Origin: Takakia lepidozioides
Lineage: Eukaryota; Plantae; Bryophyta
Assembly (NCBI GenBank): GCA_030704615.1
Contig: CM060733.1
Coordinates: 14,260,001 to 14,324,000 of the forward strand
Length of the DNA stretch: 64,000 bases
Direction of reading: 5' to 3'
Every line of letters starts with the position of its first letter. The first letter of the stretch is position 1. The position numbers and the translations under genes were made by a program. Below, piece by piece: positions 37,601-49,199 of the stretch. The notes beneath the pieces are model-generated. The model was not told the DNA's origin. It searched no databases and saw nothing but the letters and a program-made list of their open reading frames with translations.

Positions 37601-38699
37601 TGTAATCCGACTCAATCTGACAGGCCCGAAAGAGCTGATTCTTATTGATAGCAAATTTGAATTGATATACCGCCGCTTTCTTACCTCGCCCGGCCAACTG
37701 TCGCCCTTCATCACCCATGTGCGCTTGAAGCTGGTTCGGCCCGAAGCTTCTTACCTCAAATATGGTTTCATCATTCGACATATAATTGATGAGCTCAGCC
37801 CTCTCCATGGAGCAAATTTGGAGGTGAGTTTGTTATCATATACTTCCTCTGACATACAATGAAATCAGACTCCAAAGTTTTAGCTTAGGAAACCCCATTT
37901 TGAGCTGTTACATTCTAGGAGGTTTCAACCATTCAAGTGAGGACATTGGAAGCCAAGGATTTGCAGCCTTCTGAGGGGTGGAGTGTGCAAGTTTGCATTG
38001 AGGACTACCTAATTTTAACATATGAAAGCTGTTTTAGTACTAAACATACTGCATTCTTTCTGGGTCCCTGCCTCTTTTCATTATTCCCTCTTTCTGGGTC
38101 CCTGGATTTTATTGTGGTTCAAAAGTTTTCATCTTGGAAAGTTCTTCTTTCTTCTCATGAATCCACAATTTCATTTTGGATTCGAATTATTACAGGAATG
38201 GAAGCTTTACCTCTTAAATGTGAATTCAGACTTTACTTGGCTCTCACACTGATAGATTGACTCCTGTTAGGGGTTTGATGTGGTTAAATGCTTCCTTTCT
38301 TCTTGTCTTTGTTAGTCTCAGCTTTGATGCTACAGGTTCGACTCAAAAGTTAGCCGGATGCCATATATGTTGTTGATGTAAAACACTGTTTATCTTTGAC
38401 TAATGCAATTGTAGATCTGGGTCGCTAACATATAAATGATTATGTGGTCTGATGGTGGATTTAATCAGACATTCATGGCTGAAGATGCATCGTTCACTGT
38501 GACGCTGTCGGGGCTGGAGCGTTCATCAATGCAACCGGTATTCAGTGAAAGCCTGTACACTACATTTGATGGAGATGTCCTGTGGGACCGCGAATTTGAA
38601 GACCAGATCTTGATGGACAAATACGGCCGCCATGTCTTCGACATTAAACGACTTGACCGATTAAAGCCAATAGATGGGGAAAGTCACGAAGGCAGTTAG
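34608..38699 (+). CDS. Inward-rectifier K+ channel family (Kir/KirBac-like) protein, about 344 aa, 5 exons
   Basis: Exons 34608-34685, 35329-35704, 36307-36427, 37595-37823, 38469-38699 are phase-consistent with no stops. It has TM1, pore helix FIFSLSLSTTFGGT, and TM2 ending SGAVFHRLSQP..VRWSKVALI (cf. G.VFARFSRP..I.FS..AVI). The cytoplasmic domain has IRHIIDELSPLHG (cf. HxIDExSPLY), VTLSGLERSSMQPV and DVLWDREFED. Confidence 0.88.
36457..37470 (+). repeat. Four-copy structured repeat in Kir intron 3
   Basis: GGCCACAAGGCTACGGCAAACAACGTCTTATGAGTAC variants at about 36458, 36923, 37054 and 37434. Copies 2-4 share a longer upstream block. Confidence 0.8.
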
Positions 38700-39595
38700 C
38701 CGAGTAGGATGTAAAAGAATTGTGTCATGGACAAGAGTTTGAATGGCTAGTCACAATGGGGAGAGTATACTCAGATGCAGTGATGCCTAGCAGCTACTGT
38801 CTCGTCAGTTGAGGGATTATTGGCAAGATTCAGTCTCTAATGAGCAACACACTGTCTGAGTCCTGTCCCTATGATATATATGCTTACTTCCATGTGCTGA
38901 TGAGAATCACTTGATAGACTACTTTTACTCTCGAAAGAGGGTTCGTCAACTGGAAATGGAAGTTCTTGGAGCAAAATGCAGCAGATGCTCAGAGTGCTTC
39001 AAACCGTCTCCTCATTCCTGTGGTATAGGTCAAACACTATGACCCTTTTGGAGATGATCTGATTGCCAAGTTTGAGTAACCTTAGGCAGCATTCAGAATG
39101 GCTTGCTAGGCCTGCCTTTCCATTGCAGGATATGAGCTCCATCACCCCGAGATCTAGTAAATGGAGTCAGGCTGGAGGCTAAGGCATTCCCTAGGTGTTT
39201 CCCCTCTTGTGACCTAAAGAAAAATGAGTAGTTCAGGAGGTCTTAGTACCCAGTAGAACTACATGAGAACCAAAGAGAGAGAGAGCAGAGGGGGAAACAG
39301 AAGCAGCTGGCCTTCGGAGAGACAATGCAAGCACAGCACAAGAGATGCTTAGCAATCCAACAGACGTGCAAATCAAACTTGCAGTGAGTGATGGAGGAAC
39401 TGCCCTCTCTTGACATTCAGACTCATGTCCAGAACTAACTTCAGACTGTGTCTGCACTCTGTTTGATCCAAGCTTGCAAGCTCTGTGATCTGATGGAAAG
39501 TCTGTTTGGGAGTTCAGATAAGGTGTGGAAGAATTGCTGAGGCTCTGAGTGCTTAGCAGAAGCATGAGAATCAGTATCGGGCAAGAAGAAGAGTG

Positions 39596-40015
39596 CTAGG
39601 ATGAGGTGGAGCAGTCGAAGATCTGATGGGGCAGCCTTCGTGCTTCCATGGCACCGAAACAAGAGTCATCCACATCGTCGCTCCGGCACCAGCGGCAGCT
39701 CGCTGAGGACTGGCACTTGTCCTTGGTTGCAACACTCAGGCATTGTAGCTCTCCAAGTAAATGACGCTTCAACTGGCTTGTACGAGTGCAGGAATCTCCT
39801 AATTCATTTATATGATCTAAAGCGTAGCAGCGCTTGGGGATGTCGCACCAGGCACAGGCTCCGCCCGCAGCCGTCATGCAGTCTACTCTTCTTTGATACA
39901 TACATTTGTCATCTTCGGAATGCGGTACACCAAATTCGAAGCTTTCAATAGGAGACGAAATGATGAAGATGAGAATGGCGGCCACAGAGAATCCTTTCAT
40001 GAGTTGAGATAGCAT
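39596..40015 (-). CDS. Small secreted Cys-rich protein (uncharacterised plant family), 139 aa
   Basis: Hydrophobic signal peptide and two related Cys modules (C.WC). The C-terminal CRWCRSDDVDDSCF...EARRLPHQIFDC motif resembles a conserved plant protein of unknown function. Single exon. Confidence 0.8.
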   Translation of the reverse strand: MLSQLMKGFSVAAILIFIISSPIESFEFGVPHSEDDKCMYQRRVDCMTAAGGACAWCDIPKRCYALDHINELGDSCTRTSQLKRHLLGELQCLSVATKDKCQSSASCRWCRSDDVDDSCFGAMEARRLPHQIFDCSTSS

Positions 40016-41940
40016 GGCTACTCTCCTTTGGAAAAACCCTACTACAGGGAACTATTTGCCTGAAACGAACACGAGTTTGTGACTTCCTCACTGAGATCCC
40101 TGTTCCGCTATCATCCCACTGTCCACTCCTTCACCAAACATTCCAACTGATGAATGTCTGTCTTCAAGCTCCGATCCTCAGGCGACTTCGTACCACCTGC
40201 ACTTCGTCACCACACTGAGATAATCAGTGCAAGCACCATCAACAATCGTCGAGGAATCGTTCCAGTAGAAAGTGAAAACACAGTTCAGCAAGTTCAAATG
40301 AGACTCGAAAGCGATGAGCACATATTGAGAGACGAGAAGATTCAGACAGGATTTCGCAGAGGATGGAATCCCCTCCAGAATCTCAACACTCTGCCTTACT
40401 ACAATTCCAAAGTTGCATCAATCTTCCTGCCTTCAGTCACGCGCCTTGCTAATTACATTACTTCCAGCTGCAGAGTCAGCTTGCCATATCTTTCTTCCTC
40501 AAAGCAACCGAAGTGGTCGGTCACTTCCAGAAACTGTACCGAGCCCAGAGCGAGCGTGATGAAGAAGACACGACACAAGACCGACCAAACGGACAGCGTG
40601 TTCTTGAAAACCAAACACGGAGAGACCGGGACCACCAAAAAGGTGTTTAAAGCAGCTGAGTCCACAAGCAGGTCAGATTTGTTTTCCATCACAAGAAAAA
40701 TCCCGAATCGAAGAACCGACACTGAATTCAACAAAAGGACAAGAGCACATATCAACAAGCACAACCGTGGAGACTTCACCCAGAAAGGAACGTCAACAAA
40801 ATGTTCACCACGATCGCAGTGGACGAAGCAACAGAGTGGAGGAGGGCCAACCCCATCAAGATTCCAAGCACAGACAGTCCTTGCAGCTCCAGCCTGGTAA
40901 CTTAGATTCTCCGCCCAGTACCACCACTCGCTCCATCCCATTCACACTTTTCTTCCTTTTGGTTGACGGGTTTTCTCAAGGACGACGCATCTTGAGTGGA
41001 ATGCCCATCTGGGCTGTCGATGAAGTATATTCTATAACATGCTGTCATGTTCCCATCCATAGCTGGTAGACAGTTGACGCAGTGCACAACTCCCATCGCT
41101 CTGGAGTCTGACAGGTCTTTAAACTGGCGCGGAAAAAGCGTCTTGTGGTTGTTGTGTGTTGGTGGCCAAGTCGCTGTGTGGGCCCAGTTTACACGCAAAT
41201 GAAGAGCTATAACATAAGTCACAAAGTTGCAGCCAAACTGTGGATTGTGAGCCAAAGTAGAGAAGACATACTGCAAAGTCGAACGAGACGTGAAGGTTGC
41301 TTCTCTGTCGTCGTCACACATGCCTTTCGTACTTATGTTTAGCTCAACCTCCTCGTTGACAAAGTGTGCTGAGGCGAAAGAAAGTAGAGCGCTCAACTTC
41401 GTCGTTCATAGTTTCTTTCAGACAAATCTCATCAATGTGCAGAGCTTGAAAAGCGTGATTAGACAGACAAAAAAGCAGAAGTCAAAAGCCCGAAGCTACA
41501 TGGGCGTTTGGTGGCTGGAACCAGTAGGCCCTACTAGCTTTCTTGATTCCCCTCTAATCCTGGCTTGTTCCATCAAACTACAGTCCAAATGGGAGGCTAC
41601 AATGGTATCGATTGTTGTCGCTTGGTTCCTTTCGAGAGATATAAAGCAGGGACGTCTGGCTGAGTTATGTCAGGGCGTCAAGTTAATATCGAGAAACTGC
41701 TCCAAAGACCCAACGGTTCCGGCAGAATGTGAGCTGAGACGCCTTCACTACGAAACGCCTGAAATGGGCCGTTGCTAGTATTCTAGAATTCCGGGACACT
41801 TCTGGGTTCATGGATGTATAAGTAGGTTACTCATCTCGTCTTCCGGATCTTTCTGACCCACCTTCTTCCTTGTTGTCTGATCTACTGAAGGCAGTAGGTG
41901 ATAGTCTTGATTTCCTTTGTTGTCCTTACATTTCCCTTTC

Positions 41941-42004
41941 TTTTGTCCCATAAGCTCTACGAGCTTTCCGCGGACGTTATAAAGCACCATTTCCATTTCC
42001 ATTT
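41941..42004 (+). repeat. Short dispersed retro-repeat ending in (CATTT)n-like tail; other copies 62076-62142 (-) and 48556-48582 (-)
   Basis: TTTTGTCCCATAAGCTCTAYGAGCTTTCCGCGGACGTTATAAAGCAC followed by the tail recurs. Shared 3' end with variable 5' truncation. Confidence 0.7.
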
Positions 42005-42321
42005 ATCAGGTTTTATTTCTCCACTTGGTTAACTCTTGTACAGTCTTCAGATAGCTCCAGGCCACAACTTGTGAGACGGGCAGGTGGAACAAGATACTTG
42101 TTAGGGATAGATTTAGCTTGCTTCCTATGCCCTACCTTCATATTAAGACATAAGGGTTTCCCAAGGGAACAAGACAGGGACACACAGAATGTGCACTGAA
42201 TGTAGAGCACAAGAAGCAGATGATGGTCTCATCTGGGGTACTAGGTAGCCTGACCTCTCCTGCACAGGGAAGGCAACTATCTGTAGAAAGACAAACTAGA
42301 TCTGAAAATCGGCGTTGAGGT

Positions 42322-42760
42322 CCGATTTCCAACCTCTAGGTGTAACAAAGGTCAAAATAACCAGCGAACTTCGGAGTTTATGTAGTGTGATGATAATCTC
42401 TTGGACAAGATAGACAGGCCATTTGGCGTATGCGTTCATTGATGTGTGAAAACTCAGTAGACTGTCAACAGCTTGAAGCCCAAAGGATAAACTAAAATCT
42501 TCACAGAAAAGTAGGATCACAGACTAAAAGTGGTCAGTGCTTGCTTTCACAATAGAAGTTGTTGAGAACTTATACTTGAAGATCAGCCATGCCATTTACT
42601 TTTGATACAACGTACTTGGGCAAAAGAATAGACCAGTATAACTGTGTGACGCAGCTACATCAACCAATCTCTGTACAAAGCACATAATTTACAACTCCTG
42701 GAACAAAACCGAAAGACCGACTAACCATAGCCGCCTCCACCACGAGAAGCCTCCTAACCT
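42322..42760. repeat. Segmental direct duplication of 57641-58145
   Basis: Near-identical sequence with small indels, including one deletion of about 50 bp in this copy. Confidence 0.9.
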
Positions 42761-43467
42761 CACACCAGCGACGGGGACCTGCCTCGGTGGACACTAGCAG
42801 TATCGCTTGTTGTTGCATGAAACTATGCACAGTTATTTCATACATGCTCCCAAATCTGGTCTCCAACTGTAGCAATTGTGTTCTGAAGTAGGGTGGCCTC
42901 TGTCCCCCAACCTTGAACTCCAACATGCACAGACCGATGTTATATAGTGAGGGAGTCAAGCGCATCAATCAATATCAGCATACCCAAATACCTTACAATC
43001 ACTATATGAACTTTCAAGCAGCCACCATGGGATTGGATCTAGGTGGGTTAAGGCTAGCTTTTGACGATAATCATGCAAGTTCGTCAAGGGCTCCATCCAG
43101 AGCCGCACCACAAGAAACAAACAAACATGTCCACATGTCAGATGCTGAACAACTTGTGCTCCCTCTCATCAAGCATTAAAATTTGTATTCACTTCCATCT
43201 TCAAGCTTTGGAGAAGCTCCACCACCCAAACCCAGAACTAGGACAGCACTCTGATTTCCATCCACTGTCACCAGAATCAGTCAATTATGGGCTGACTTCC
43301 CACCTATGCCGGGTAGACCCCACTATCATTTCCCGTGGATATGCCACAGGAGATGCACTCAACAGTACATCATGGTCAATACTCTCAGGAAATGGTGGAT
43401 GATCTGAGTAGCTACACAGATCAACGAATGAAGCAAAAAACTCACATCTTTCCAAGAAAACATCCTT

Positions 43468-46369
43468 TCACCAGTAATCCCCACAAGAACAAATCCCATC
43501 TTCAAAGTGGTGAAAGCGGTTAGCGTCCCGTACAACAATTGCTCGGCCAACAATCTTTGAGATGAATTTGGTGGAGATGTGGCAGTCACCACACACTCGA
43601 AGATTCTTAATGAGACGGAGAGGCGTCCTAGGGGTCGTGCTGATCAGCCCAAAACCAATGGCCAGCTTCTCACTGTGGTGGCAAAGAGAAAATTCCTTTT
43701 CCTCCTCCCCCACATCATGCAATACAAAGCGCGTGTCAGGCACATACCCCGCCGCCTTCATCTGCCGGGACAATCTTCTCAGCTCAGCATGGATTTCCTT
43801 AATTCTGGGATGCAACTTGTCATCTACAACGAAGGTGTGCACCCTGTTGCCAACCTCAATGCAGCAGCGACCTGGCTCCTTTCTAACCCCTCTGACCTTC
43901 ATCATTCTTCTCACCTTTGCAGTATCATCCCACCTGCCAGCTGCAGCATAGATGTTTGATAGCAACACATAAGTCGCGGCATCCTGTTCATCCCACTTGA
44001 GGATAGATGTTGCCGCACGTTCAGCCATCTCCACATTGCCATGGATTCTGCAGGCACCAAGCAAGGCCTTCCACACCACAACATCTGGATTGATTGGCAT
44101 CTTGTTAATCAGATCCACTGCCTCATCCAGTTGTCCTGCACGTCCAAGAAGATCCACCATACAGCCAAAGTGCTTTACTGTCGGAGTGACACCATGATCT
44201 TGACTCAGGGAATCAAAGTAGCGTCTTCCTTCATTCAGTAGGCCAGTGTGGCTGCATGCAGAGAGAACACATATAAAGGTGACACTGTCCGGCTTCAAGC
44301 CGTTCTTTTGCATTCCTTCAAATAGTTGCAGGACCTCCCTATGACAACCATGCTGTGCATATCCTGCCATCATCGCACTCCACGCCACCAAATCTCGTTC
44401 AGCCATACTGTTGAACACTCCCTTCGCATCCTCCATGCACCCACATTTGGCATACATGTCCACCAGGGCAGTGTTCAGAATGACATCAGGTACAATTCCA
44501 GCTTTGACGATGTTACCATGGACCTCTTTGCCCTTTTCCAGGGCTGCCAGGCTTGCACACGCATTGCAAACGCAAACAAACGTGATGTGGTTGGGCTTCA
44601 CCCCTTCCCCCATCATTTGCTCATAGGTCTCCAAAGCCTCCATCCCGCGCCCCTGTTGTGCATACCCTGCAAGCATCGCGTTCCACGACACCACATTTCG
44701 TTCAGCCATATTGTTGAACACTGCCTTCGCATCCTCGATGCTCCCACATTTGGCATACATGTCCACGAGGGCATTGTTCAGAATGACATCGGGTACAATT
44801 CCAACTCTGACAATGTCGCCATGGACCACTTTGCCCTTTTCCAGAGCTGCCAGGCTTGCACACGCATTGCAAACGCACACAAACGTGATGTGGTCGGGCT
44901 CCACCCCTCCCCACATCATTTGCTCATAGGTCTCCAAAGCCTCCACCCCACGTCCCTGCTGTGCATACCCTGCAATTATCGCGCTCCACGACACCACATC
45001 TCGTTCAGCCATATTGTTGAAAACTGCCTTTGCATCCTTAATGCACCCACATTTGGCATACATGTCCACGAGGGCATTGTTCAGAATGACATCGGGTACA
45101 ATTCCAGCTCTGACAATGTCGCCATGGACCTCTTTGCCCTTTTCCAGAGCTGCCAGGCTTGCACACGCATTGCAAATGCACACAAACGTGATGTGGTTGG
45201 GCTTCACCCCTTCCCCCATCATTTGCTCATAGGTCTCCAAAGCCTCCTCCCCACGTCCCTGCTGTGCATACCCTGCAATCATCGCGCTCCACGACACCAC
45301 ATTTCGTTCAGCCATATTGTTGAAAACTGCCTTTGCATCCTTAATGCACCCACATTTGGCATACATGTCCACCAGGGCAGTGTTCAGAATGACATCTGGT
45401 ACAATTCCTGCTTTGACGATGTCACCATGGACCACTTTCCCCTTTTCCAGGGCTCCCATCCTTGCACACGCATTGCAAACACAAACAAACGTGATTTGGT
45501 TGGGCTTCACCCCTTCGCCAATCATTTGCTCATAGGTCTCCAAAGCATTCGTACCACACCCATGCTTGGTAAATCCTGCCAACATTATATTCCATGTGAT
45601 CAAAGATCGTTGAGGCATTCTGTTGAACACTTGGTGAGCATCCAAGATGCTCCCGCACTTAACATACATGTTGACAAGGGTGTTGAGTAGAAAAACATTT
45701 GGCGTGAATCCACTTTGGATAATGTGAGTGTGCACCTGCTTTCCAGCTTCCAGGCCTTTCATCTTGATGCACTTATGCAAGAGACAGACATACGTATCTG
45801 AATCTGCTGAAATGCCTCCTTGGTTTAAAGTCTGTAGAGCCTCTGTCAGTCTGCCTGCCTCACAAAGCATCTTCACATGCCCAGCAGTGCCAGAAGAGGC
45901 ATTGTGGACTCCGTCTCTTGATCCTCTTCCAGAAGCTGTGGTCATGGTTGAGGTGCCTGATTTTATCAACTGTGCCGCTGCAGCTGCTGCCTTTAGTTGA
46001 CCATCTACCCATGCAGGTTTCTTGTAGCTATTGATCCACAGGGAATCAAAGGTAATCTTGTGCTTGAAATCTGGCCCTCTTGGATGAATCTGGACCCACA
46101 CTCTATCCCTGCTCCTTCAGCTATCCATGCCTCTGCACAAATCATGCATTCATCCTTGCCTTGCTGCTAGCAGTTGACAGCCTAGATTTGTTCTAGGAAA
46201 CACCCAACTCAGCTTATCACACTAGTTCCTATGCTGAATTGCGTGCTACTCTCTGTAATCTAACAGGCAGTCACCTTTTTGCCTCGGTTGTCCCACCATT
46301 GACTGGGGTCAGAAAAGTATTCATTCCACAGCTTCTCCTCTTCCCTGTTACCTGTTTTTGGATAATTTC
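43468..46369 (-). CDS. PLS-E-DYW PPR C-to-U editing factor, in frame with an N-terminal OSB-type PDF motif
   Basis: Open frame 46089-43468 encodes 17 PPR motifs, E1/E2, PG box EPGRCCIEV, HHSEKLA, CGDCH and terminal CSCGDYW*. Exon 46369-46275 spliced to 46089 gives LWNEYFSDPSQWWDNRGKK|IHPRGPDFKHKITFDSLWINSYKKPAWVDGQL. The first in-frame ATG is at 45945, downstream of the PDF motif (825 aa); the true start is unresolved. Confidence 0.92.
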
Positions 46370-46500
46370 CTGTTGTCAAATTGGCAGTATCATGTCAAAG
46401 TAGATTCACTCAACCAACTAACTTGCAGAATTCAACATGGAAATTTAGGGACGATTCTGATAAGAGGGAAAAACAGGGTGAAATGTGTTGAAGAAGGTGC

Positions 46501-47790
46501 CTTCATTAGCAGTGCCTGATTTTATCAATTGTGCCGCTGCTGCTGCGGCTTCCAGTTGACCATCTACCCATGCAGGTTTCTTGTAGCTATTGATCCACAG
46601 GGAATCATAGCTTGTGCTTGAAATCTGGCCTTCTTAGATGAATCTGGACCCACACTCTCTCCCTGCTCCTTCAACTATCCATGCCTCTGCACAATCATGC
46701 ATTCATCCTTGCCTTGCTGCTAGCAGCTGACAATGACAGCCTAGATTTGTTCTAGGAAACACCCAACTCAGCTTATCACACTAGTTCCTATGCTGAATTG
46801 CGTCTGCATCCAACTGGCATCCACCTTTTTGCCTCGATTGTTCCACCATTGACTGGGATCGTATTCATTCCAGAGCTTCTCCTCATCTCTGTTATCTGTT
46901 TTTCGAAACTTTCCTGTTGCCACATTGGCAGTAACATGTCAAAATCACTCCAAAATCACCATAGATCCATACAAACCATGAATACATCCTCAGCCCTGCT
47001 GCTAGCAGCTGCCACTGACAGCGTGAAGTTCTTCCAGCAAACACCCCAACCCTACTTATTACAGTAGTTCCAATTCTGAATTGCATCTGCTTCACTCTGT
47101 AGTCCAACAGGCATTCACCTTTTTGTCTCCATTGTCCCACCATTGACTGGGGGCGGGAAAGTGTTCCTTCCAAAGCTTCTCCTCATCTCTGTTATCTGTT
47201 TTTGGATACTTCCCTGCTGCCACATCGGCAGTAACTTGTCAAAGTCACTCCAAACCACCACAGATCCACCCAACGAGCTAACTTACATAATTCAATATGC
47301 ATCTCAGGGCCGAGTCTGATGAGAGGGGAAAAACAGGCTGAAATAGGTCGAAGAAGCAGGTGCCCTCACCACATTGTCCTTGACCTTGTGTCATGACCCA
47401 TGGAGGATTTGACCGACCATCAACACAAAAGGACCTCTTGTGTGTGCTGCTTGTGTCTGTAGTCAGGTAATGTCGAATTGGACTGTGAGAACCACCACGG
47501 TGCAGCTGAGCATGCAGAGATTGAAACAAGGCCTGCTAAGACCAAGCTGACTCTCCCAAGGACCTTGTAAACATCAGGAAGAATACCAAATCATGGTACT
47601 TACAGGAGCCAAGAGCCCACATTTGCAGGATGGACAAACTTCTTCACATCGTACACTAAGGAAAAGCCACACCTTGCGATTGCGGTTGTCCCACCATCGT
47701 GAAGGATCTTTGGAAAATTCATGCAATCTCTGCTCCGTGCTCCTAAGGTAGAGGTTTGTGCTCGAAAATCCGACAGCATCACAATTCGAC
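46501..47790 (-). pseudogene. Tandem array of further PDF-motif half-exons, partly decayed
   Basis: WWDN-type halves at about 47790-47673, 47213-47119 and 46913-46825. PD(F/Y)xHK..PxWV halves at 47482-47364 and 46643-46501, both frameshifted. Introns are homologous between units. Confidence 0.8.
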
Positions 47791-49199
47791 AAGGTCCTTT
47801 ACTGGGGGGGGTGCTAGTGAGGTTTCAACAACATTCATGCAAGTTGTTTTGGTCTCCATTGGGCTCTACACGATGAGGAACAAGTGTTTTTTAATCTGGC
47901 GAAAAATCGCCAGATTTCGACCTGCAAAATGGGTCAGCTACTTTTACTAAGGAATCCTGGGAGTAAGAAATTACCAAACATCGCCAGAAAGCGCCCGTGG
48001 TCAAATATCAGGAGCCAGATTTGTCCTACGTGGACCTGTTAAAGTATGACACCGGTAATGTAACCAGTTTTCTAACTCTGTCACGTTGTTATTCTCGCCA
48101 CATGGGCGCTGGATAGAATCTACATGTCGCCCTGCCTGCGATTTTGGAAATGTGAAAAAAAACACTGGGAACAACGAACATGTCCAGACTTACACAGATT
48201 GTGAGGGGCTTGGCCCACCTGCAGTTAGTATTCCCAATAGTGAGCGTCTCACTATTAGGTGCCTACCATTACACTTTACTTTGCCCAGTTAGTCTTAACT
48301 GAATTTAGTGCCCCACTCACAGTTAACAGTGACATGAGAATCACTAATTGGAGACCTTGAGTGTAATGGTGCCCCACGATGTGAGTTAATGCCTGTTTGT
48401 ATGGCGATTCACAACCACGTAGAGCACTATTTCCATGCAAGCCCTGTCCCATTATCCCATTCCGTTCTAGGCAAAAAGTCTCAACAAAATAACAGGATTA
48501 GGCAATTCTTGAATGGTGTTACCAAAAACTTAGCCACCATCAAGGTCAAAGCAAGAAATGAAATGAAATGGTGCTTTATAACAGAGGCAGACTTTTTGCA
48601 CACATCGAAACAATGCTGCTGTTGCCACTAATCAAAGAAGGAAATCCTAAAGGGACTCGTGTTATCGGTCGAGTTGCTCACATCATTGACAGAAAACAAC
48701 ATGCTTTTGCTTACTTTGGTTGTACACTCAATCATGGTACTACAACAAATCCTTCAATTATTTCTAGGTTGTGGATTGTCATCTTCCTGTCAGTACTCCA
48801 TGATTACAACCAACAAATGCATTGGGTCAAAATGCCAGTTTGGAAGAAGCATACACCAAGTTATTTTTTAATTGTTGATGAGCCTCAGGTCCTTCAAGCT
48901 CTCCTCATCACGGATAATAGTATCTTTTATCGAGGTGATGGTCTTAATTACATGGCTCCGGAATGGGCGGAAGGCTTGGTAAACGGCAATTGACCAGATC
49001 TTGCTCACCACTCATATTCATTTGCATTCGACTGAAAGTTGGAGACTAGTTAAGAGCTATTACCTCATGACAATACCGCTACAAAAATATACACTGATTT
49101 AGCAAATATAGTTGTAAATCAAACCACTGGTATACCAAACAAGGAAACTACCTCTACCTAAGTTTCTTTGGAATCAAACGCTTTATCTCTATAACTAAT

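Noticed and set aside
40154-41778. Overlapping ORFs of 160-250 aa on both strands
   Set aside because: No recognisable domains or exon structure. Possibly UTR or intergenic sequence upstream of the Cys-rich gene.
43468-43900. Possible U-to-C (DYW:KP) editing enzyme
   Set aside because: This DYW domain has a PG box, HSEKLA and a terminal DYW. The 5.4-8.2 kb copy also has HSEKLA. Neither shows KP-box, HAE or GRP-type features.
44326-45690. 454-aa plus-strand ORF and repeated 70-72-aa ORFs
   Set aside because: Antisense shadows of the repetitive PPR coding sequence. The same applies to the minus-strand ORFs over 5549-8134.
47893-47916. Palindrome AATCTGGCGA-AAAA-TCGCCAGATT upstream of the PDF array
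   Set aside because: The hairpin is real but short, and probably part of a small repeat. No function can be supported.
48568-48993. 141-aa ORF
   Set aside because: Its ATG comes from the (CATTT)n repeat, and the remainder has no recognisable similarity.
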